A stretch of 64,000 nucleotides of DNA, taken from assembly GCA_964057225.1 (NCBI GenBank), contig CAXKVF010000073.1, positions 1,116,001 to 1,180,000 on the forward strand, given 5' to 3'. Made by a program: the position numbers and the translations under genes. This document shows, piece after piece, positions 1 to 13,457 of the stretch. The first letter of the stretch is position 1, and the number at the start of each line of letters is the position of its first letter. The notes beneath the pieces were generated by a model. It was not told the DNA's origin, did not search any database, and saw only the letters and a list, made by a program, of their open reading frames with translations. The stretch comes from Auanema rhodensis. Taxonomy: Eukaryota; Animalia; Nematoda.

Positions 1-1936
1 CATCACTTTATCTTTCACGTGAAGCGAGTTACATACCAAGTGCACATCACGTGTACATTTAATTAGCATAAATTAAAGTTCACGTAAATTTCAAAGTCAT
101 GGTTACCATGCACCAATATCAATAAAAATTTGTTTTTAGACTAATATGGACATGGGGAATCTAATGTTGAAAACCGCATCTCTTGATCTTTCACGTGAAG
201 CGAGTTACATACCAAGTGCACATCACGTGTACATTTAATTAGCATAAATTAAAGTTCACGTAAATTTCAAAGTCATGGTTACCATGAACCAATATCAATA
301 AAAATTTGTTTTTAGACTAATATGGACATGGGGAATCTAATGTTGAAAACCGCATCTCTTTATCTTTCACGTGAAGCGAGTTACATACCAAGTGCACATC
401 ACGTGTACATTTAATTAGCATAAATTAAAGTTCACGTAAATTTCAAAGTCATGGTTACCATGAACCAATATCAATAACAATTTGTTTTTAGACTAATATG
501 GACATGGGGAATCAAATTTTGAAAACCGCATCTCTTTATCTTTCACGTGAAGCGAGTTACATACCAAGTGCACATCACGTGTACATTTAATTAGCATAAA
601 TTAAAGTTCACGTAAATTTCAAAGTCATGGTTACCATGAACCAATATCAATACAAATTTGTTTTTAGACTAATATGGACATGGGGAATCTAATTTTGAAA
701 ACCGCATCACTTTATCTTTCACGTGAAGCGAGTTACATACCAAGTGCACATCACGTGTACATTTAATTAGCATAAATTAAAGTTCACGTAAATTTCAAAG
801 TCATGGTTACCATGCACCAATATCAATAAAAATTTGTTTTTAGACTAATATGGACATGGGGAATCTAATGTTGAAAACCGCATCTCTTGATCTTTCACGT
901 GAAGCGAGTTACATACCAAGTGCACATCACGTGTACATTTAATTAGCATAAATTAAAGTTCACGTAAATTTCAAAGTCATGGTTACCATGAACCAATATC
1001 AATAAAAATTTGTTTTTAGACTAATATGGACATGGGGAATCTAATGTTGAAAACCGCATCTCTTTATCTTTCACGTGAAGCGAGTTACATACCAAGTGCA
1101 CATCACGTTTACAATTAATTAGCATAAATTAAAGTTCACGTAAATTTCAAAGTCATGGTTACCATGAACCAATATCAATAAAAATTTGTTTTTAGACTAA
1201 TATGGACATGGGGAATCTAATTTTGAAAACCGCATCTCTTTATCTTTCACGTGAAGCGAGTTACATACCAAGTGCACATCACGTGTACATTTAATTAGCA
1301 TAAATTAAAGTTCACGTAAATTTCAAAGTCATGGTTACCATGAACCAATATCAATAAAAATTTGTTTTTAGACTAATATGGACATGGGCAATCTAATTTT
1401 GAAAACCGCATCTCTTTATCTTTCACGTGAAGCGAGTTACATACCAAGTGCACATCACGTGTACATTTAATTAGCATAAATTAAAGTTCACGTAAATTTC
1501 AAAGTCATGGTTACCATGAAGCAATATCAATAAAAATTTGTTTTTAGACTAATATGGACATGGGGAATCTAATGTTGAAAACCGCATCTCTTCATCTTTC
1601 ACGTGAAGCGAGTTACATACCAAGTGCACATCACGTGTACATTTAATTAGCATAAATTAAAGGTCACGTAAATTTCAAAGTCATGGTTACCATGCACCAA
1701 TATCAATAAAAATTTGTTTTTAGACTAATATGGACATGGGGAATCTAATTTTGAAAACCGCATCTCTTTATCTTTCACGTGAAGCGAGTTACATACCAAG
1801 TGCACATCACGTGTACATTTAATTAGCATAAATTAAAGTTCACGTAAATTTCAAAGTCATGGTTACCATGAAGCAATATCAATAAAAATTTGTTTTTAGA
1901 CTAATATGGACATGGGGAATCTAATGTTGAAAACCG

Positions 1937-2093
1937 CATCTCTTCATCTTTCACGTGAAGCGAGTTATATACCAAGTGCACATCACGTGTACATTTAATT
2001 AGCATAATGGTTACCATGGTTACCATGCACCAATATCAATAAAAATTTGTTTTTAGACTAATATGGACATGGGGAATCTAATTTTGAAAACCG
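1937..2093. repeat. 157-bp variant monomer (28-bp deletion + 9-bp tandem duplication), copy 1
   Basis: AGCATAA-TGGTTACCA-TGGTTACCA-TGCAC at 2001-2030 replaces AGCATAA-ATTAAAGTTCACGTAAATTTCAAAGTCA-TGGTTACCA-TGCAC. Linked SNPs are T9C and C32T (GTTATATACC). Confidence 0.95.
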
Positions 2094-4205
2094 CATCTCT
2101 TTATCTTTCACGTGAAGCGAGTTACATACCAAGTGCACATCACGTGTACATTTAATTAGCATAAATTAAAGTTCACGTAAATTTCAAAGTCATGGTTACC
2201 ATGAACCAATATCAATAACAATTTGTTTTTAGACTAATATGGACATGGGGAATCAAATTTTGAAAACCGCATCTCTTTATCTTTCACGTGAAGCGAGTTA
2301 CATACCAAGTGCACATCACGTGTACATTTAATTAGCATAAATTAAAGTTCACGTAAATTTCAAAGTCATGGTTACCATGAACCAATATCAATACAAATTT
2401 GTTTTTAGACTAATATGGACATGGGGAATCTAATTTTGAAAACCGCATCACTTTATCTTTCACGTGAAGCGAGTTACATACCAAGTGCACATCACGTGTA
2501 CATTTAATTAGCATAAATTAAAGTTCACGTAAATTTCAAAGTCATGGTTACCATGCACCAATATCAATAAAAATTTGTTTTTAGACTAATATGGACATGG
2601 GGAATCTAATGTTGAAAACCGCATCTCTTGATCTTTCACGTGAAGCGAGTTACATACCAAGTGCACATCACGTGTACATTTAATTAGCATAAATTAAAGT
2701 TCACGTAAATTTCAAAGTCATGGTTACCATGAACCAATATCAATAAAAATTTGTTTTTAGACTAATATGGACATGGGGAATCTAATGTTGAAAACCGCAT
2801 CTCTTTATCTTTCACGTGAAGCGAGTTACATACCAAGTGCACATCACGTGTACATTTAATTAGCATAAATTAAAGTTCACGTAAATTTCAAAGTCATGGT
2901 TACCATGAACCAATATCAATACAAATTTGTTTTTAGACTAATATGGACATGGGGAATCTAATTTTGAAAACCGCATCACTTTATCTTTCACGTGAAGCGA
3001 GTTACATACCAAGTGCACATCACGTGTACATTTAATTAGCATAAATTAAAGTTCACGTAAATTTCAAAGTCATGGTTACCATGCACCAATATCAATAAAA
3101 ATTTGTTTTTAGACTAATATGGACATGGGGAATCTAATGTTGAAAACCGCATCTCTTGATCTTTCACGTGAAGCGAGTTACATACCAAGTGCACATCACG
3201 TGTACATTTAATTAGCATAAATTAAAGTTCACGTAAATTTCAAAGTCATGGTTACCATGAACCAATATCAATAAAAATTTGTTTTTAGACTAATATGGAC
3301 ATGGGGAATCTAATGTTGAAAACCGCATCTCTTTATCTTTCACGTGAAGCGAGTTACATACCAAGTGCACATCACGTTTACAATTAATTAGCATAAATTA
3401 AAGTTCACGTAAATTTCAAAGTCATGGTTACCATGAACCAATATCAATAAAAATTTGTTTTTAGACTAATATGGACATGGGGAATCTAATTTTGAAAACC
3501 GCATCTCTTTATCTTTCACGTGAAGCGAGTTACATACCAAGTGCACATCACGTGTACATTTAATTAGCATAAATTAAAGTTCACGTAAATTTCAAAGTCA
3601 TGGTTACCATGAACCAATATCAATAAAAATTTGTTTTTAGACTAATATGGACATGGGCAATCTAATTTTGAAAACCGCATCTCTTTATCTTTCACGTGAA
3701 GCGAGTTACATACCAAGTGCACATCACGTGTACATTTATTTAGCATAAATTAAAGTTCACGTAAATTTCAAAGTCATGGTTACCATGAAGCAATATCAAT
3801 AAAAATTTGTTTTTAGACTAATATGGACATGGGGAATCTAATGTTGAAAACCGCATCTCTTCATCTTTCACGTGAAGCGAGTTACATACCAAGTGCACAT
3901 CACGTGTACATTTAATTAGCATAAATTAAAGGTCACGTAAATTTCAAAGTCATGGTTACCATGCACCAATATCAATAAAAATTTGTTTTTAGACTAATAT
4001 GGACATGGGGAATCTAATTTTGAAAACCGCATCTCTTTATCTTTCACGTGAAGCGAGTTACATACCAAGTGCACATCACGTGTACATTTAATTAGCATAA
4101 ATTAAAGTTCACGTAAATTTCAAAGTCATGGTTACCATGAAGCAATATCAATAAAAATTTGTTTTTAGACTAATATGGACATGGGGAATCTAATGTTGAA
4201 AACCG

Positions 4206-4362
4206 CATCTCTTCATCTTTCACGTGAAGCGAGTTATATACCAAGTGCACATCACGTGTACATTTAATTAGCATAATGGTTACCATGGTTACCATGCACC
4301 AATATCAATAAAAATTTGTTTTTAGACTAATATGGACATGGGGAATCTAATTTTGAAAACCG
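4206..4362. repeat. 157-bp variant monomer, copy 2
   Basis: Same junction starting at 4270, with the same linked SNPs. Confidence 0.95.
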
Positions 4363-5066
4363 CATCTCTTTATCTTTCACGTGAAGCGAGTTACATACCA
4401 AGTGCACATCACGTGTACATTTAATTAGCATAAATTAAAGTTCACGTAAATTTCAAAGTCGTGGTTACCATGCACCAATATCAATAAAAATTCGTTTTTA
4501 GACTAATATGGACATGGGGAATCTAATTTTGAAAACCGCATCTCTTTATCTTTCACGTGAAGCGAGTTACATACCAAGTGCACATCACGTGTACATTTAA
4601 TTAGCATCAATTAAAGTTCACGTAAATTTCAAAGTCATGGTTACCATGAAGCAATATCAATAAAAATTTGTTTTTAGACTAATATGGACATGGGGAATCT
4701 AATGTTGAAAACCGCATCTCTTCATCTTTCACGTGAAGCGAGTTACATACCAAGTGCACATCACGTGTACATTTAATTAGCATAAATTAAAGTTCACGTA
4801 AATTTCAAAGTCATGGTTACCATGCACCAATATCAATAAAAATTTGTTTTTAGACTAATATGGACATGGGGAATCTAATTTTGAAAACCGCATCTCTTTA
4901 TCTTTCACGTGAAGCGAGTTACATACCAAGTGCACATCACGTGTACATTTAATTAGCATAAATTAAAGTTCACGTAAATTTCAAAGTCATGGTTACCATG
5001 AAGCAATATCAATAAAAATTTGTTTTTAGACTAATATGGACATGGGGAATCTAATGTTGAAAACCG

Positions 5067-5223
5067 CATCTCTTCATCTTTCACGTGAAGCGAGTTATAT
5101 ACCAAGTGCACATCACGTGTACATTTAATTAGCATAATGGTTACCATGGTTACCATGCACCAATATCAATAAAAATTTGTTTTTAGACTAATATGGACAT
5201 GGGGAATCTAATTTTGAAAACCG
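5067..5223. repeat. 157-bp variant monomer, copy 3
   Basis: Same junction starting at 5131, with the same linked SNPs. Confidence 0.95.
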
Positions 5224-8200
5224 CATCTCTTTATCTTTCACGTGAAGCGAGTTACATACCAAGTGCACATCACGTGTACATTTAATTAGCATAAATTAAA
5301 GTTCACGTAAATTTCAAAGTCATGGTTACCATGAACCAATATCAATAAAAATTTGTTTTTAGACTAATATGGACATGGGGAATCTAATTTTGAAAACCGC
5401 ATCTCTTTATCTTTCACGTGAAGCGAGTTACATACCAAGTGCACATCACGTGTACATTTAATTAGCATAAATTAAAGTTCACGTAAATTTCAAAGTCGTG
5501 GTTACCATGCACCAATATCAATAAAAATTCGTTTTTAGACTAATATGGACATGGGGAATCTAATTTTGAAAACCGCATCTCTTTATCTTTCACGTGAAGC
5601 GAGTTACATACCAAGTGCACATCACGTGTACATTTAATTAGCATAAATTAAAGTTCACGTAAATTTCAAAGTCATGGTTACCATGCACCAATATCAATGA
5701 AAATTTGTTTTTAGACTAATATGGACATGGGGAATCTAATTTTGAAAACCGCATCTCTTTATCTTTCACGTGAAGCGAGTTACATACCAAGTGCACATCA
5801 CGTGTACATTTAATTAGCATAAATTAAAGTTCACGTAAATTTCAAAGTCATGGTTACCATGAACCAATATCAATTAAAATTCGTTTTTAGACTAATATGG
5901 ACATGGGCAATCTAATTTTGAAAACCGCATCTCTTTATCTTTCACGTGAAGCGAGTTACATACCAAGTGCACATCACGTGTACATTTAATTAGCATAAAT
6001 TAAAGTTCACGTAAATTTCAAAGTCATGGTTACCATGCACCAATATCAATAAAAATTTGTTTTTAGACTAATATGGACATGGGGAATCTAATTTTGAAAA
6101 CCGCATCTCTTTATCTTTCACGTGAAGCGAGTTACATACCAAGTGCACATCACGTGTACATTTAATTAGCATAAATTAAAGTTCACGTAAATTTCAAAGT
6201 CATGGTTACCATGAACCAATATCAATAACAATTTGTTTTTAGACTAATATGGACATGGGCAATCTAATTTTGAAAACCGCATCTCTTTATCTTTCACGTG
6301 AAGCGAGTTACATACCAAGTGCACATCACGTGTACATTTAATTAGCATAAATTAAAGTTCACGTAAATTTCAAAGTCATGGTTACCATGCACCAATATCA
6401 ATAAAAATTTGTTTTTAGACTAATATGAACATGAGGAATCTAATTTTGAAAACCGCATCTCTTTATCTTTCACGTGAAGCGAGTTACATACCGAGTGCAC
6501 ATCACGTGTACATTTAATTAGCATAAATTAAAGTTCACGTAAATTTCAAAGTCATGGTTACCATGCACCAATATCAATAAAAATTTGTTTTTAGACTAAT
6601 ATGGACATGGGGAATCTAATGTTGAAAACCGCATCTCTTTATCTTTCACGTGAAGCGAGTTACATACCAAGTGCACATCACGTTTACAATTAATTAGCAT
6701 AAATTAAAGTGCACGTAAATTTCAAAGTCATGGTTACCATGAACCAATATCAATACAAATTTGTTTTTAGACTAATATGGACATGGGGAATCTAATGTTG
6801 AAAACCGCATCTCTTTATCTTTCACGTGAAGCGAGTTACATACCAAGTGCACATCACGTGTACATTTAATTAGCATAAATTAAAGTTCACGTAAATTTCA
6901 AAGTCATGGTTACCATGAACCAATATCAATAAAAATTTGTTTTTAGACTAATATGGACATGGGCAATCTAATTTTGAAAACCGCATCTCTTTATCTTTCA
7001 CGTGAAACGAGTTACATACCAAGTGCACATCACGTGTACATTTAATTAGCATAAATTAAAGTTCACGTAAATTTCAAAGTCATGGTTACCATGCACCAAT
7101 ATCAATAAAAATTTGTTTTTAGACTAATATGGACATGAGGAATCTAATTTTGAAAACCGCATCTCTTTATCTTTCACGTGAAGCGAGTTACATACCGAGT
7201 GCACATCACGTGTACATTTAATTAGCATAAATTAAAGTTCACGTAAATTTCAAAGTCATGGTTACCATGCACCAATATCAATAAAAATTTGTTTTTAGAC
7301 TAATATGGACATGGGGAATCTAATTTTGAAAACCGCATCTCTTCATCTTTCACGTGAAGCGAGTTACATACCAAGTGCACATCACGTCTAAATTTAATTA
7401 GCATAAATTAAAGTTCACGAAAATTTCAAAGTCATGGTTACCATGAACCAATATCAATAAAAATTTGTTTTTAGACTAATATGGACATGGGCAATCTAAT
7501 TTTGAAAACCGCATCTCTTCATCTTTCACGTGAAGCGAGTTACATACCAAGTGCACATCACGTGTACATTTAATTAGCATAAATTAAAGTTCACGTAAAT
7601 TTCAAAGTCATGGTTACCATGAACCAATATCAATAAAAATTTGTTTTTAGACTAATATGGATATGGGGAATCTAATTATGAAAACCGCATCTCTTTATCT
7701 TTCACGTGAAGCGAGTTACACACCAAGTGCACATCACGTGTACATTTAATTAGCATAAATTAAAGTTCACGTAAATTTCAAAGTCATGGTTACCATGCAC
7801 CAATATCAATAAAAATTTGTTTTTAGACTAATATGGACATGGGGAATCTAATTTTGAAAACCGCATCTCTTTATCTTTCACGTGAAGCGAGTTACATACC
7901 AAGTGCACATCACGTGTACATTTAATTAGCATAAATTAAAGTTCACGTAAATTTCAAAGTCATGGTTACCATGCACCAATATCAATAAAAATTTGTTTTT
8001 AGACTAATATGGACATGGGGAATCTAATGTTGAAAACCGCATCTCTTTATCTTTCACGTGAAGCGAGTTACATACCAAGTGCACATCACGTGTACATTTA
8101 ATTAGCATAAATTAAAGTTCACGTAAATTTCAAAGTCATGGTTACCATGAACCAATATCAATAAAAATTTGTTTTTAGACTAATATGGACATGGGGAATC

Positions 8201-9271
8201 TAATGTTGAAAACCGCATCTCTTTATCTTTCACGTGAAGCGAGTTACATACCAAGTGCACATCACGTGTACATTTAATTAGCATAAATTAAAGTTCACGT
8301 AAATTTCAAAGTCATGATTACCATGAACCAATATCAATAACAATTTGTTTTTAGACTAATATGGACATGGGGAATCAAATTTTGAAAACCGCATCTCTTT
8401 ATCTTTCACGTGAAGCGAGTTACATACCAAGTGCACATCACGTGTACATTTAATTAGCATAAATTAAAGTTCACGTAAATTTCAAAGTCATGGTTACCAT
8501 GAACCAATATCAATACAAATTTGTTTTTAGACTAATATGGACATGGGGAATCTAATTTTGAAAACCGCATCACTTTATCTTTCACGTGAAGCGAGTTACA
8601 TACCAAGTGCACATCACGTGTACATTTAATTAGCATAAATTAAAGTTCACGTAAATTTCAAAGTCATGGTTACCATGCACCAATATCAATAAAAATTTGT
8701 TTTTAGACTAATATGGACATGGGGAATCTAATGTTGAAAACCGCATCTCTTGATCTTTCACGTGAAGCGAGTTACATACCAAGTGCACATCACGTGTACA
8801 TTTAATTAGCATAAATTAAAGTTCACGTAAATTTCAAAGTCATGGTTACCATGAACCAATATCAATAAAAATTTGTTTTTAGACTAATATGGACATGGGG
8901 AATCTAATGTTGAAAACCGCATCTCTTTATCTTTCACGTGAAGCGAGTTACATACCAAGTGCACATCACGTGTACATTTAATTAGCATAAATTAAAGGTC
9001 ACGTAAATTTCAAAGTCATGGTTACCATGCACCAATATCAATAAAAATTTGTTTTTAGACTAATATGGACATGGGGAATCTAATTTTGAAAACCGCATCT
9101 CTTTATCTTTCACGTGAAGCGAGTTACATACCAAGTGCACATCACGTGTACATTTAATTAGCATAAATTAAAGTTCACGTAAATTTCAAAGTCATGGTTA
9201 CCATGAAGCAATATCAATAAAAATTTGTTTTTAGACTAATATGGACATGGGGAATCTAATGTTGAAAACCG

Positions 9272-9428
9272 CATCTCTTCATCTTTCACGTGAAGCGAGT
9301 TATATACCAAGTGCACATCACGTGTACATTTAATTAGCATAATGGTTACCATGGTTACCATGCACCAATATCAATAAAAATTTGTTTTTAGACTAATATG
9401 GACATGGGGAATCTAATTTTGAAAACCG
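9272..9428. repeat. 157-bp variant monomer, copy 4
   Basis: Same junction starting at 9336, with the same linked SNPs. Confidence 0.95.
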
Positions 9429-10132
9429 CATCTCTTTATCTTTCACGTGAAGCGAGTTACATACCAAGTGCACATCACGTGTACATTTAATTAGCATAAA
9501 TTAAAGTTCACGTAAATTTCAAAGTCGTGGTTACCATGCACCAATATCAATAAAAATTCGTTTTTAGACTAATATGGACATGGGGAATCTAATTTTGAAA
9601 ACCGCATCTCTTTATCTTTCACGTGAAGCGAGTTACATACCAAGTGCACATCACGTGTACATTTAATTAGCATCAATTAAAGTTCACGTAAATTTCAAAG
9701 TCATGGTTACCATGAAGCAATATCAATAAAAATTTGTTTTTAGACTAATATGGACATGGGGAATCTAATGTTGAAAACCGCATCTCTTCATCTTTCACGT
9801 GAAGCGAGTTACATACCAAGTGCACATCACGTGTACATTTAATTAGCATAAATTAAAGTTCACGTAAATTTCAAAGTCATGGTTACCATGCACCAATATC
9901 AATAAAAATTTGTTTTTAGACTAATATGGACATGGGGAATCTAATTTTGAAAACCGCATCTCTTTATCTTTCACGTGAAGCGAGTTACATACCAAGTGCA
10001 CATCACGTGTACATTTAATTAGCATAAATTAAAGTTCACGTAAATTTCAAAGTCATGGTTACCATGAAGCAATATCAATAAAAATTTGTTTTTAGACTAA
10101 TATGGACATGGGGAATCTAATGTTGAAAACCG

Positions 10133-10289
10133 CATCTCTTCATCTTTCACGTGAAGCGAGTTATATACCAAGTGCACATCACGTGTACATTTAATTAGCA
10201 TAATGGTTACCATGGTTACCATGCACCAATATCAATAAAAATTTGTTTTTAGACTAATATGGACATGGGGAATCTAATTTTGAAAACCG
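10133..10289. repeat. 157-bp variant monomer, copy 5
   Basis: Same junction starting at 10197, with the same linked SNPs. Confidence 0.95.
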
Positions 10290-13200
10290 CATCTCTTTAT
10301 CTTTCACGTGAAGCGAGTTACATACCAAGTGCACATCACGTGTACATTTAATTAGCATAAATTAAAGTTCACGTAAATTTCAAAGTCATGGTTACCATGA
10401 ACCAATATCAATAAAAATTTGTTTTTAGACTAATATGGACATGGGGAATCTAATTTTGAAAACCGCATCTCTTTATCTTTCACGTGAAGCGAGTTACATA
10501 CCAAGTGCACATCACGTGTACATTTAATTAGCATAAATTAAAGTTCACGTAAATTTCAAAGTCGTGGTTACCATGCACCAATATCAATAAAAATTCGTTT
10601 TTAGACTAATATGGACATGGGGAATCTAATTTTGAAAACCGCATCTCTTTATCTTTCACGTGAAGCGAGTTACATACCAAGTGCACATCACGTGTACATT
10701 TAATTAGCATCAATTAAAGTTCACGTAAATTTCAAAGTCATGGTTACCATGAAGCAATATCAATAAAAATTTGTTTTTAGACTAATATGGACATGGGGAA
10801 TCTAATGTTGAAAACCGCATCTCTTCATCTTTCACGTGAAGCGAGTTACATACCAAGTGCACATCACGTGTACATTTAATTAGCATAAATTAAAGTTCAC
10901 GTAAATTTCAAAGTCATGGTTACCATGCACCAATATCAATAAAAATTTGTTTTTAGACTAATATGGACATGGGGAATCTAATTTTGAAAACCGCATCTCT
11001 TTATCTTTCACGTGAAGCGAGTTACATACCAAGTGCACATCACGTGTACATTTAATTAGCATAAATTAAAGTTCACGTAAATTTCAAAGTCATGGTTACC
11101 ATGCACCAATATCAATGAAAATTTGTTTTTAGACTAATATGGACATGGGGAATCTAATTTTGAAAACCGCATCTCTTTATCTTTCACGTGAAGCGAGTTA
11201 CATACCAAGTGCACATCACGTGTACATTTAATTAGCATAAATTAAAGTTCACGTAAATTTCAAAGTCATGGTTACCATGAACCAATATCAATTAAAATTT
11301 GTTTTTAGACTAATATGGACATGGGCAATCTAATTTTGAAAACCGCATCTCTTTATCTTTCACGTGAAGCGAGTTACATACCAAGTGCACATCACGTGTA
11401 CATTTAATTAGCATAAATTAAAGTTCACGTAAATTTCAAAGTCATGGTTACCATGCACCAATATCAATAAAAATTTGTTTTTAGACTAATATGGACATGG
11501 GGAATCTAATTTTGAAAACCGCATCTCTTTATCTTTCACGTGAAGCGAGTTACATACCAAGTGCACATCACGTGTACATTTAATTAGCATAAATTAAAGT
11601 TCACGTAAATTTCAAAGTCATGGTTACCATGAACCAATATCAATAACAATTTGTTTTTAGACTAATATGGACATGGGCAATCTAATTTTGAAAACCGCAT
11701 CTCTTTATCTTTCACGTGAAGCGAGTTACATACCAAGTGCACATCACGTGTACATTTAATTAGCATAAATTAAAGTTCACGTAAATTTCAAAGTCATGGT
11801 TACCATGCACCAATATCAATAAAAATTTGTTTTTAGACTAATATGAACATGAGGAATCTAATTTTGAAAACCGCATCTCTTTATCTTTCACGTGAAGCGA
11901 GTTACATACCGAGTGCACATCACGTGTACATTTAATTAGCATAAATTAAAGTTCACGTAAATTTCAAAGTCATGGTTACCATGCACCAATATCAATAAAA
12001 ATTTGTTTTTAGACTAATATGGACATGGGGAATCTAATGTTGAAAACCGCATCTCTTTATCTTTCACGTGAAGCGAGTTACATACCAAGTGCACATCACG
12101 TTTACAATTAATTAGCATAAATTAAAGTTCACGTAAATTTCAAAGTCATGGTTACCATGAACCAATATCAATACAAATTTGTTTTTAGACTAATATGGAC
12201 ATGGGGAATCTAATGTTGAAAACCGCATCTCTTTATCTTTCACGTGAAGCGAGTTACATACCAAGTGCACATCACGTGTACATTTAATTAGCATAAATTA
12301 AAGTTCACGTAAATTTCAAAGTCATGGTTACCATGAACCAATATCAATAAAAATTTGTTTTTAGACTAATATGGACATGGGCAATCTAATTTTGAAAACC
12401 GCATCTCTTTATCTTTCACGTGAAACGAGTTACATACCAAGTGCACATCACGTGTACATTTAATTAGCATAAATTAAAGTTCACGTAAATTTCAAAGTCA
12501 TGGTTACCATGCACCAATATCAATAAAAATTTGTTTTTAGACTAATATGGACATGAGGAATCTAATTTTGAAAACCGCATCTCTTTATCTTTCACGTGAA
12601 GCGAGTTACATACCGAGTGCACATCACGTGTACATTTAATTAGCATAAATTAAAGTTCACGTAAATTTCAAAGTCATGGTTACCATGCACCAATATCAAT
12701 AAAAATTTGTTTTTAGACTAATATGGACATGGGGAATCTAATTTTGAAAACCGCATCTCTTCATCTTTCACGTGAAGCGAGTTACATACCAAGTGCACAT
12801 CACGTCTAAATTTAATTAGCATAAATTAAAGTTCACGAAAATTTCAAAGTCATGGTTACCATGAACCAATATCAATAAAAATTTGTTTTTAGACTAATAT
12901 GGACATGGGCAATCTAATTTTGAAAACCGCATCTCTTCATCTTTCACGTGAAGCGAGTTACATACCAAGTGCACATCACGTGTACATTTAATTAGCATAA
13001 ATTAAAGTTCACGTAAATTTCAAAGTCATGGTTACCATGAACCAATATCAATAAAAATTTGTTTTTAGACTAATATGGATATGGGGAATCTAATTATGAA
13101 AACCGCATCTCTTTATCTTTCACGTGAAGCGAGTTACACACCAAGTGCACATCACGTGTACATTTAATTAGCATAAATTAAAGTTCACGTAAATTTCAAA

Positions 13201-13457
13201 GTCATGGTTACCATGCACCAATATCAATAAAAATTTGTTTTTAGACTAATATGGACATGGGGAATCTAATTTTGAAAACCGCATCTCTTTATCTTTCACG
13301 TGAAGCGAGTTACATACCAAGTGCACATCACGTGTACATTTAATTAGCATAAATTAAAGTTCACGTAAATTTCAAAGTCATGGTTACCATGCACCAATAT
13401 CAATAAAAATTTGTTTTTAGACTAATATGGACATGGGGAATCTAATGTTGAAAACCG

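Larger units (their letters stand above)
353..4362. repeat. Higher-order duplication: 10-mer (353-2093) followed by a copy expanded to a 13-mer (2094-4362)
   Basis: Both copies show the same order of diagnostic variants: AATCAAATTT, AATACAA, CATCACTT, CTTGATC, CACGTTTACAATT, GGGCAAT, GAAGCAAT, AAGGTCAC, then the 157-bp monomer. The second copy has an extra trimer (2798-3325 repeats 2270-2797). Confidence 0.85.
3854..13457. repeat. Higher-order duplication: about 24-monomer block 3854-8039 repeated at about 8920-13457
   Basis: The offset is 5066 bp (deletion junctions 4270/9336 and 5131/10197). It rises to 5418 bp after two extra monomers (10642-10993). Shared rare markers in order: GTCGTGG, GCATCAA, AATGAAA, ATGAACATGAGG, CCGAGTG, GAAACGAG, GGATATGG+AATTATG, TTACACACC. 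Confidence 0.85.

Noticed and set aside
1-176. Assignment to a known satellite of similar length (primate alpha satellite 171 bp, Arabidopsis CEN178, Brassica CentBr 176 bp, honeybee AluI 176 bp)
   Set aside because: I recognise no sequence similarity to these from memory, and the consensus lacks HindIII (AAGCTT) and AluI (AGCT) sites. Length alone is not diagnostic; a BLASTN/Dfam/Repbase search is needed.
1-176. Tandem 5S rRNA, tRNA, snRNA or spliced-leader gene array
   Set aside because: No recognisable 5S, tRNA cloverleaf, Pol III A/B box or snRNA sequence on either strand.
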